64,000 bases of DNA, taken from positions 1 to 64,000 of the IMG/VR virus record IMGVR_UViG_3300050119_000072; one strand, 5' to 3'. The notes beneath the pieces were generated by a model that made no database searches, was not told the DNA's origin, and worked only from the letters and a program-made list of their open reading frames with translations. Origin of the DNA: a virus. Made by a program: the position numbers and the translations under genes. Positions 56,537 to 64,000 of the stretch are shown here, one piece after another; within the stretch, counting starts at the first letter, position 1, and every line of letters begins with the position of its first letter.

Positions 56537-56946
56537 TGGATGCACTTGGCCCCGTCGAAATTCGCTACGCGAAGTCGGATGAGGATATCGTCGCTATCCA
56601 CAAGTTCCTATGCCATGTGGCTGGCCCGACCTTGCCAGGACCGATCGCGGCCAAAGAAAGCATCGAGGAAATCTGGCGCTGCGTAAATCACGACGTCGCG
56701 CTGATGGCAATTCGCGGGCCACTTTTGGTGGGCACCTTTGGCATCATCAACCCCGCGTTCTGGTGGAACAACAAAATAAAGTTTCTAGCTAATCGCTGGC
56801 TTTTCGTCATCCCAGACTCGCACGCGCTTTTGCCGCTGGTGCGCGAAGGGGTGGCAATAGCCAAAGCGTCCGACCTCGAGCTGCACGTCTATGACGAGGC
56901 CAAAGGTCGCCTCCTGATATTCAACAAAAGCAAAAACAGGAACTAA
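56536..56946 (+). CDS. GNAT-like protein preceding ejection proteins
   Basis: IRYA...DI..I, LVG..G......WWN....L...WLFV.P. Confidence 0.6.
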   Translation: MDALGPVEIRYAKSDEDIVAIHKFLCHVAGPTLPGPIAAKESIEEIWRCVNHDVALMAIRGPLLVGTFGIINPAFWWNNKIKFLANRWLFVIPDSHALLPLVREGVAIAKASDLELHVYDEAKGRLLIFNKSKNRN

Positions 56947-56950
56947 AGCC

Positions 56951-58108
56951 ATGTGCTTTGGATCATCCCAGCAATCAACCACCAATACCTCGTCCTCCGG
57001 GCCGTCGTGGCTGACCGGTGCCGCGCAAAGCAATCTTACGTCGGCGCAAAATCTGCAATCGGCTGGCTTCCAGCCTTTCACGGGACAGATGGTTGCGCCG
57101 GCCAGCGGTCAGCAGCAAACCTCGTTCGGGCTCGCTAACAATCTTTCCAATTCGGTCAATGGTGGCCCGATTGGATCGGAAGTGTCGAACGTCGCCAATG
57201 CGGCGCCTGGCTCCGTGACGCCGTCCACAATCTCGTCGGCCATGTCGCCCTACATGAACGCCTATGTTGGCGACGCGCTGGCACCCCAAATCCAAAACCT
57301 GAATAATCAGGAGGCGTTGCAAAGCCAGTTAACGCAAGGGGCCGCGACGTCCGCCGGCGCCTTCGGCGATCCGCGCGCCACGATGTTACAGCAAAACCAG
57401 AACGCCAATAACAGCCTTCAAGAACAAGGCCTTGTTGGCAACGCCTATACCTCGGCGTTTAATACCGCGATCGGCGCCGGCGCGCAGGACGTATCGAACA
57501 ACCTCAATGCGCAGACGACAAACGCCAATCTCGCCAACACCCAGAAGCAAACCGACCTCGCGGCAGCAAATTTGCAGTATGGGCTTTCGAGCGGCGCGGC
57601 CAATCTGGAAAACACTTACGGCGGCCAGCAAACCGCGATCTCGCAGGCAGGTGATACCGCCAACTACAATCAATATCTTTTGGCGCAGCAATATCCCTTC
57701 CTCACCAGCCAGAACCTTAACCAGACGATTCAGGCGGCCACGCCAGGCGCCGGGCAAACCGGGACGTCGACCACATCGACGCCGAACAATTCGGGGTGGG
57801 GATTGCTCGGCACGCTGGCGGGCGTGGCGGCCGCGCCGTTCACAGGCGGACTGTCCCTCGCCGGATCGACGGCTCTCAATTTGGGCAACGCCGGCGGCAC
57901 AGGCGGCGGACTCGGTGGCCTATACGCAGACGGCGGCCGCCCACCTGTCGGGAAGCCTTCAATCGTCGGCGAGCGCGGTCCGGAACTGTTCGTGCCCGAT
58001 CGTCCCGGCACCATCATCCCGCATGAAGTGCTGCAAGCCGCGCGCAACAAGCGCGAGGCCAAGCACGGCAAGCCGAAGAAGAACATCAAACTCGGCATCG
58101 CGGCGTAA
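56951..58108 (+). CDS. Internal virion/DNA ejection protein
   Basis: MCFGSS start, Q/N/S/T-rich, YMNAY...AGAFG..R, C-terminal YADGG...VGERGPELFVP. Confidence 0.75.
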   Translation: MCFGSSQQSTTNTSSSGPSWLTGAAQSNLTSAQNLQSAGFQPFTGQMVAPASGQQQTSFGLANNLSNSVNGGPIGSEVSNVANAAPGSVTPSTISSAMSPYMNAYVGDALAPQIQNLNNQEALQSQLTQGAATSAGAFGDPRATMLQQNQNANNSLQEQGLVGNAYTSAFNTAIGAGAQDVSNNLNAQTTNANLANTQKQTDLAAANLQYGLSSGAANLENTYGGQQTAISQAGDTANYNQYLLAQQYPFLTSQNLNQTIQAATPGAGQTGTSTTSTPNNSGWGLLGTLAGVAAAPFTGGLSLAGSTALNLGNAGGTGGGLGGLYADGGRPPVGKPSIVGERGPELFVPDRPGTIIPHEVLQAARNKREAKHGKPKKNIKLGIAA

Positions 58109-58111
58109 GGA

Positions 58112-58777
58112 CTATATCAGGCGTCCGGTCTCGCGTGCATAGTCGATGGGGTCCTTGCGGCCCTTCGCCATGTTGCATGCGGGACAAAGGACTTGAATGT
58201 TCTTTGGCCAATTTGAGCCGCCCTTAGATAAGGGAATGATGTGGTCGACGTGATATTGTCTGCCCAGTTTCTTTGGGCAATAAGCGCACTGGCCGGATTG
58301 GCGCTTTATGATGCTTGCCACGTCTGAGGCGGTATGAACGCCTTCGGCATGCTTCTCTCGTGCGCGGCGCGCGCGTGAAGCGTTCGCGCGTTGCGTCGGA
58401 TATCTCTTCGCGTATTCGCGCCATAACGCGCGGCGAACGGATGGCGGCCTGTTCTTTGACTTTGCCACCAACGCAGCCCATTTTTCTGGGTTGCGGCGTT
58501 TCCAATCTCTTAGTTTCTCACGGCGGACTGCCTTGTCTTTTTTGTTAACGTGCTTTCTCCAATAAGCTCTGCACCGCTCTCTATTGTTTTCCTGCCATAT
58601 TTTTCCATAGTTTTTGTCTCTTGGTTTTTTGCATTTGATACAGGCGACACATCTTCCTTCGTAAACGTATCGCTCAGAAACGTGTCCATTCGGACATGGC
58701 TCGCCCGTAAAATATCGCTTTGCGCCGATAGCGCGAGCTTCGCTCTTAGACAGAATCGGGTGCTGCGGATCGGCCAT
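58112..58777 (-). CDS. Free-standing HNH endonuclease (paralogue of 48630 gene)
   Basis: AR.IG.KRYFTG.PCPNGH.SERY...CVAC; QSGQCAYC...HVDHIIPLSKGGSN...NIQVLC..CN..K. Confidence 0.92.
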   Translation of the reverse strand: MADPQHPILSKSEARAIGAKRYFTGEPCPNGHVSERYVYEGRCVACIKCKKPRDKNYGKIWQENNRERCRAYWRKHVNKKDKAVRREKLRDWKRRNPEKWAALVAKSKNRPPSVRRALWREYAKRYPTQRANASRARRAREKHAEGVHTASDVASIIKRQSGQCAYCPKKLGRQYHVDHIIPLSKGGSNWPKNIQVLCPACNMAKGRKDPIDYARETGRLI

Positions 58778-58848
58778 TTGCTATCTTAGCGGCGCGTAAT
58801 CTGAATCCAACATCAAAAAGCTTCGTCGGAATACGACGGGAGGATATC

Positions 58849-60285
58849 TTGGGCGGCTTGCTTGATTTCTTAGATGATCCAAACGCGCTGTCGAACATTC
58901 TCGGCATTTCGCCGTCGACGCCAGCCGGGCCAATGAACAACATGAACGGCCCGGCTGCGGCCGCTATGTCCGGTCCCGTTCCGATGCCGCCGCCGCGGCC
59001 TGCGCAAGCGCCACAAATGCCGCCGCCCCAGGCAGCACCAGGCGGCAATGGCGCGCCCATGGCCACCAGCGACATGCTCGCCGGTGCCGATCCCATGCAA
59101 GGCCCTCCCGGCATGTATTTGGGCCTGAGCACGCAAACGCCTGACTTTGGCCCGAACGGTCCGCCGATGCCGCCGCCAAACCCGAACGCGCCGAACGGCA
59201 ATGTTGCCGGGGCCGGGGCGATCGCGGCCGGTGGCGATCAGGTGCCATTGCCGACGCCAGCGCCGGGACTCGCGCAAGGTCTGCCGCAGGCGGCCGCTTT
59301 CAACGTCAATCGGCCGCCGGGCATGGAGCCTCCGATACCTCCGGCAGTCGGCGGGGGGGGCCTTCCGCCAGCCGCGCGCACGGCCATGGCGCCGGGTGGC
59401 TCGCCTCCCGGTGGGATGGCCGCATTCCCAGGTGGGCCGGCTGCGCTGGTGCCGGGGGCTACGCCCGGCGGCGCGGTGCCGAGCACGACCAGTGGCGGTC
59501 TCGCGGCGGCGCTCGGCCTCAATAATCCGAACACTGTCCGCAACATGATCGCAGCGGCTGGCAAGGGCCTCTCGGCCGTCGGTGCTCAACGTCCTGGTGC
59601 CAATGCCGGACAGGCATTTGCAGCCGGAGCCGGCGGATCGTTGCAGGGCCTGGCGCAATCGCAGCAGCAGCAATTCAACAACACGTCGACCGCCTTCAAG
59701 GACATGCTGGCGGCGAAGGCGCAGGGGAACAGCGTTGCTTTCAACACCGCGCGCATGAACTACCTCAACGCGCGGGCGCAGAGCCTCACCACGAATGGCG
59801 GCACAGGCTCGAAGGCGTGGCAGAACACGCCGCTCGGTCAGGTCAATGTCATCGAGCAACGCGCGCAAGCCTATGACTCGCCGCGCCGCAAGTCGATCGA
59901 CGCCGCGGTGCGCAGCGGCCAGATGGATGCCGATGCGGCGAAGGCGGCCTACGCCGACCTCGATACAAAGACCGAGCAGTTCAAGCAGAATATGTACAAG
60001 GCCGCGAAGATCGACCCCGCGCAGGCGGAGAAGATTAAGTCGGCTGGCGAGAACGCCACCAACCCGATCTCCACGAAGGGCATGTCGATCGATCAGTTCC
60101 ACGCGCAGGTGCCGATGGGCGCTTGGTACGATAGCGGGAAGACCGACGACAAAGGCAAGCCAATCATCATGCAGCGCACGGTGCCCCCGCCTGGCGCGCA
60201 GGGTCCTAACGCCCAGGCACCGCAGCAGGGCAATCCCATGCAGACTTTCTACGACGATCAAGAAGCCCTGCAACCGGCGGCGTAA
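58849..60285 (+). CDS. Internal virion/ejection protein (Pro/Gly-rich)
   Basis: TTG start with GGGAGG SD; low-complexity N half, helical C half. Confidence 0.7.
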   Translation: MGGLLDFLDDPNALSNILGISPSTPAGPMNNMNGPAAAAMSGPVPMPPPRPAQAPQMPPPQAAPGGNGAPMATSDMLAGADPMQGPPGMYLGLSTQTPDFGPNGPPMPPPNPNAPNGNVAGAGAIAAGGDQVPLPTPAPGLAQGLPQAAAFNVNRPPGMEPPIPPAVGGGGLPPAARTAMAPGGSPPGGMAAFPGGPAALVPGATPGGAVPSTTSGGLAAALGLNNPNTVRNMIAAAGKGLSAVGAQRPGANAGQAFAAGAGGSLQGLAQSQQQQFNNTSTAFKDMLAAKAQGNSVAFNTARMNYLNARAQSLTTNGGTGSKAWQNTPLGQVNVIEQRAQAYDSPRRKSIDAAVRSGQMDADAAKAAYADLDTKTEQFKQNMYKAAKIDPAQAEKIKSAGENATNPISTKGMSIDQFHAQVPMGAWYDSGKTDDKGKPIIMQRTVPPPGAQGPNAQAPQQGNPMQTFYDDQEALQPAA

Positions 60286-60288
60286 AGT

Positions 60289-63200
60289 ATGGCACTCGCT
60301 GACCAGTTGGGCGCGGTTGATCCGCAAGGCATTGTCACCGGCTTGGTTGCCGACCAAGCGCCCGACCTTGTCCAAAACGATGGCAGCGTAGACCCGCAGT
60401 CCGTTCTCGATCGACTGATCCGCAAGGGTCTCAGTTCGGACCAGCAGAAAGCGCTTTCCGACGCGAAAACAAATGCGGCGCCAGACGGGATCGACCAGTT
60501 CGGCAAGACCAAGGAACAGGTCGACGCCGAGCCGCAGCCGGATTTCACCCAGTTCGGATCGGCGACGCCGCAATCCGCTCAACCGATACCAGGTGGTGGC
60601 ACCGTCGCTGGTGGCGCTTGGGCAGGAGCGAAGTCTCTCGCGCAAGCGCCGATCACGGCAACTGGCAAAGCCATTCAGGCGGCGGCGAGGACGGTCAACG
60701 ATATCACCCCGACAATGGTGCAGACGGCCGGCGGCGAAGGTTCGCCGTTGTCCGTGGAGGATTTGACGCCGCCACCGGCTGAGCCGGTCCAGAAAAATCC
60801 GGTTCTGAGCAAAGTCTATAACGCCGGACAGGCGGTGCGAAACTTTGGCGAGCAACAGATCCCGGTCTCCGAGGCGGAGAAGAAAACCTACCCGATATGG
60901 ACCGGAGTCGGCTCTGCGGTCGGGACCCTTGCGCCGCTCGTCGCGCTTGGTGCGCTAAACCCCGAAGCGGCGATCGCTGGTGGCGCGGCCCTGTTCGGTG
61001 GCTCCGGATCGCAGGATACCTATGAGGCCGCGATCGCGCACGGCGCAGATCAAGAAACCGCCAGCGCGGCGGCCAATCTCTCAGGGTTAGCAAACGCCGC
61101 ACTCGGTTCTGCGCCGATCGGCCTCGTCCTGCGGCCGTTCCAGAAGTTCATGCCCGCTGCGTCAGGCTATGCCGTGCGCATGCTCGCGCAGGCAGCGCAG
61201 AACGGCGTTGTTTTCGCCGGCATCGGCGAGGCGCAGGAATACATCGGCGAGCAAATCGCCAAGGCCTATGACCCGAAAGCTGGTTATTCGCTCGATGCGA
61301 ACCGCCTGATTGTGAGCCTCCTGTCCGGCGGATTGCTCGGCGCGGGCCACGCGGCCTACGACCGATATGCCACGGGGAAGGCCGTCTCCGACCTCTACAA
61401 GCTGAACCAACCGGCGGCGGGTGGCGAGGCTGATGATACCGCCCCCGGCGCGCTTCCGCGCCCCGATGCTGGCCCCGGTCCCGGACCTGGTCCTGGACAA
61501 GGGCCCGGGCCTGATACCGGCACAGGCGCAGGTGCTGGTGCCGGGCCTGGCGAAGCCGAGCCAGAATTCCAGCCGGACTTTTCTCCGGCAAAGCGCAGCA
61601 CGCTCGAAAAGGTGGCTGCCGCCTACAGCACAAACCTCAAAGACGGTCACTCGGCAAAGGATATCTCGTCGTGGAGCGACGCCCAGTTGATGGCGTATCT
61701 CAATGATGCGGATAAAAGATCAAATCCGGCGAAAGCTGACGCGCCCGTCGCGACACCCGGCACTCCCGACAACCCGATCAACCTGCAAACACCGCAGGAC
61801 CTTGCGCATGCCGTTTCGGTCGCCGATGAGACATCGAGCCACGCGCAGGGCGAAGCCAATAACGCTCCGCGCGTGCACGCGGTCTGGAACGATCTGCCGA
61901 TTACTTTGGAAACCGCCGGCGCCAACAATGTGCGACGCGGTGTGGCCGAGGACGGAACGCCATGGGAACAATCCATGGGCGGCCCGTCAGGATATTTCAA
62001 AGGAACGATCGGCGCTGACGGCGATCATGTCGATGTGACCGTAGGACCGCAGCCGGGGTCCAAGCAGGTCTACGTCATCGACGAGAAGGCGGCCGACACC
62101 GGAGACTTCCGCCAGCACAAGGTCATGATCGGGTTTGGAAACCAGATCGACGCTCTCAATGCCTATACGCAGCGCACGCAAGGCAAATCGGCAAAGATGG
62201 TCGGCGGCGTGCGCCTGTTCACGCCAGAACAGTTGAAGGACTGGCTCAAGACCGGAGACACCAAAGCGCCTCTCTCCGACACGATGACCGCCGCGGCGAA
62301 AGCCAAGGACGAGAGCATCCTGCCGGAAGATGCCGTACCAACGTCGCAGCACACAGACGCTGTTGATGGCGCGCTGCGAGCCGCCGGCGTCAATCCAGAT
62401 GCCGTCCGCCCTGCCGACAAGGCCCGCGCCGCCGAGATCCACGCCGAAGGCGCGCCGGCAGATCAGGCTTTCCCCGTCGCCGTCGTGCGCGGGCTGGTCG
62501 ATAGCGGCCACATCACACCGGACCAAGTTAGAGAGGCGATAGGCGATGAAGCAGCCGAAGGGGTATTGGGCACCGGCGGCCGGGCTCAACGCGGCGCACG
62601 CGCTGAGACACATGGCGCCGGCCCTGGTGGGGAGGCTGCCGCGCCCGCAAATGGCGTCGGTCCACGCGGCAATGAAGGTGGGAATGCCGAAGCTGCCAGC
62701 GGCGGCGAAAGTGGCGAGCCCGCTGTCGGCCAAAAGCCCGCTGGCAGTGCCGCGGGCGGGGAGCAACGTCGGGAAAACAATGGCGGGGCCGGCAACGGCG
62801 CTGCCGCAGGGGTCGCCAATGACCACAACGTCGCTGGGAGCGAACCCGGCGAGCGCGCTGAGCAAGCCCATCCTGAGCACAAAGCTACCGAAACTCCCGC
62901 CGCTGCCCTGATCGGCGCGCGCGTCAAATCGATGCCCGAGCACAAGGTCGTCGCCGCCGATGGAAAGTCGGTGCGCGTCGTCCCGGTGGTGACCGAGGCA
63001 TCGAAGCTCATTGCGTCGTCAGATCCCGGATACGACAAGGACATTCAGCCGCGCGAGCGCGACCGCGCCGCGGCTCAAGCGCAGGTGCGCGAGATCGCGA
63101 CCCGCCTTGATCCGGAACGTCTTGGATATTCCGCAGAAGCCGACCGTGGGGCGCCGATCGTCGGCCCCGACGGCATGGTCGAAAGCGGCAACGGCCGAGT

Positions 63201-64000
63201 AGCCGCCCTTCGTGCGCTCTACCGCACGAAGTCACCCAATGCCGAGCACTACCGCGCTTGGCTGGCTGTGCAGGGCGTTGACCTCTCAAAATACAAAGAG
63301 CCGGTGCTGGTGCGCCAGCGCGTGACAGAACTCGACGCCGCCGGCCGGCGCGGCTTTGCGATCGCCGCCAACCAGGCAGCCACCCTGTCAATGTCCGCGC
63401 CCGAGCGCGCTTTGGCCGACGCCGACCACCTCTCGTCGAACGTCCTCGGCCTCATCAGAAACGGCGCCAACCTCGGTGCCGCCGAAAACCGTCCCTTCGT
63501 GCGCGCCTTTATTGCAGCGCTGCCTGCCTCCGAGCGCAGCGCGCTTGCAAACAAAGCCGGCGCCCTGAGCCAAGAGGGTCTCACGCGGGTTAAAAACGCC
63601 GTTCTGGCAAAGGCTTATGGCGACGCCGATGTGATCTCCCGGATCACGGAAGCCACCGACGACGAAACGCGATCGGTGTCGAACGGCCTGGTTATGAGTG
63701 CTCCCATTTGGGCAAAATTCCGCGGCGAGGTCGAGGACGGCCGCGTGCGCCGGGAATTCGACTTGACGCCCGATCTTATGGAGGCGGTCAAGCGCGTCAC
63801 CGATATCCGCTCGCGCGGAGAAAATCTGGCTGGCTTCCTTGCGCAACATGATGGCTTTGACCAATTAAAGTCAGAGGTCGAGACCTGGATGCGGATGATG
63901 TACGATCCGCATGGCAAGCGGGTCGCGTCCGCCGCTGACATCGCGAAGGCCATCAGTTTCTACGCCGAAGAGGCAGGCAAGGTAACGACCGACCCGCGCT
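60289..64000 (+). CDS. Giant polyvalent internal virion protein (partial, over 1230 aa) with inorganic-pyrophosphatase-like and ddrB-like ParB domains
   Basis: Absent from track because it runs off the window; frame checked at several points: GYFKGTIGADGDHVDV...HKVMIGF (about 61850-62170) and QPRERDR...LDPERLG...GAPIVGPDGMVESGNGR (about 62950-63330). Confidence 0.85.
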   Translation, partial: MALADQLGAVDPQGIVTGLVADQAPDLVQNDGSVDPQSVLDRLIRKGLSSDQQKALSDAKTNAAPDGIDQFGKTKEQVDAEPQPDFTQFGSATPQSAQPIPGGGTVAGGAWAGAKSLAQAPITATGKAIQAAARTVNDITPTMVQTAGGEGSPLSVEDLTPPPAEPVQKNPVLSKVYNAGQAVRNFGEQQIPVSEAEKKTYPIWTGVGSAVGTLAPLVALGALNPEAAIAGGAALFGGSGSQDTYEAAIAHGADQETASAAANLSGLANAALGSAPIGLVLRPFQKFMPAASGYAVRMLAQAAQNGVVFAGIGEAQEYIGEQIAKAYDPKAGYSLDANRLIVSLLSGGLLGAGHAAYDRYATGKAVSDLYKLNQPAAGGEADDTAPGALPRPDAGPGPGPGPGQGPGPDTGTGAGAGAGPGEAEPEFQPDFSPAKRSTLEKVAAAYSTNLKDGHSAKDISSWSDAQLMAYLNDADKRSNPAKADAPVATPGTPDNPINLQTPQDLAHAVSVADETSSHAQGEANNAPRVHAVWNDLPITLETAGANNVRRGVAEDGTPWEQSMGGPSGYFKGTIGADGDHVDVTVGPQPGSKQVYVIDEKAADTGDFRQHKVMIGFGNQIDALNAYTQRTQGKSAKMVGGVRLFTPEQLKDWLKTGDTKAPLSDTMTAAAKAKDESILPEDAVPTSQHTDAVDGALRAAGVNPDAVRPADKARAAEIHAEGAPADQAFPVAVVRGLVDSGHITPDQVREAIGDEAAEGVLGTGGRAQRGARAETHGAGPGGEAAAPANGVGPRGNEGGNAEAASGGESGEPAVGQKPAGSAAGGEQRRENNGGAGNGAAAGVANDHNVAGSEPGERAEQAHPEHKATETPAAALIGARVKSMPEHKVVAADGKSVRVVPVVTEASKLIASSDPGYDKDIQPRERDRAAAQAQVREIATRLDPERLGYSAEADRGAPIVGPDGMVESGNGRVAALRALYRTKSPNAEHYRAWLAVQGVDLSKYKEPVLVRQRVTELDAAGRRGFAIAANQAATLSMSAPERALADADHLSSNVLGLIRNGANLGAAENRPFVRAFIAALPASERSALANKAGALSQEGLTRVKNAVLAKAYGDADVISRITEATDDETRSVSNGLVMSAPIWAKFRGEVEDGRVRREFDLTPDLMEAVKRVTDIRSRGENLAGFLAQHDGFDQLKSEVETWMRMMYDPHGKRVASAADIAKAISFYAEEAGKVTTDPR

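Larger units (their letters stand above)
1..64000. mobile_element. Tailed bacteriophage genome segment (podovirus-like, N4-gp56-type capsid); no host genes, integrase or genome ends visible
   Basis: Terminase, portal, scaffold, capsid, tail and ejection genes, ERF/YqaJ and DUF1376 in phage-typical order; no tape measure, tail tube or sheath recognised. Confidence 0.93.

Noticed and set aside
58870-60855. 661 aa minus-strand ORF
   Set aside because: Antisense shadow of ejection proteins; Arg-rich, no SD or motifs
62546-62911. 121 aa plus-strand ORF
   Set aside because: Alternate frame within the low-complexity linker of the giant protein
1-64000. tRNA, rRNA, integrase, CRISPR-Cas
   Set aside because: None recognised by eye; tRNAscan-SE and HMM searches are needed to exclude them

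Overview
This is a 64 kb segment of a GC-rich tailed dsDNA phage. Gene content points to a podovirus-like virion with an N4-gp56-type capsid protein and probably an alphaproteobacterial host (inference). Layout: (1) a leftward early arm at about 1-11.3 kb with a Dam-like methylase, HNH, YqaJ exonuclease, ERF recombinase and many small ORFs; (2) a divergent XRE regulator, M15 peptidase, CAP protein and DUF1376 replication gene at 11.4-16 kb; (3) small ORFs, an SLT transglycosylase and the terminase genes at 16-26 kb; (4) a head region where putative virion proteins alternate with glycosyl- and methyltransferases around the portal at 27-44 kb; (5) a major capsid gene split by two group I introns at 44.5-47.5 kb; (6) tail and ejection genes, ending in a giant polyvalent protein that runs off the window. 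Most notable: both intron-encoded endonucleases and three free-standing ones lie antisense to the late operon, each with its own sigma70-like promoter (three look leaderless). Capsid intron 1 has an apparently non-canonical splice junction. There is a candidate virion glycosylation system. An unannotated G GGA AAG -1 frameshift would add a membrane anchor to a coiled-coil protein. All family calls come from motif recognition by eye; no searches were run.
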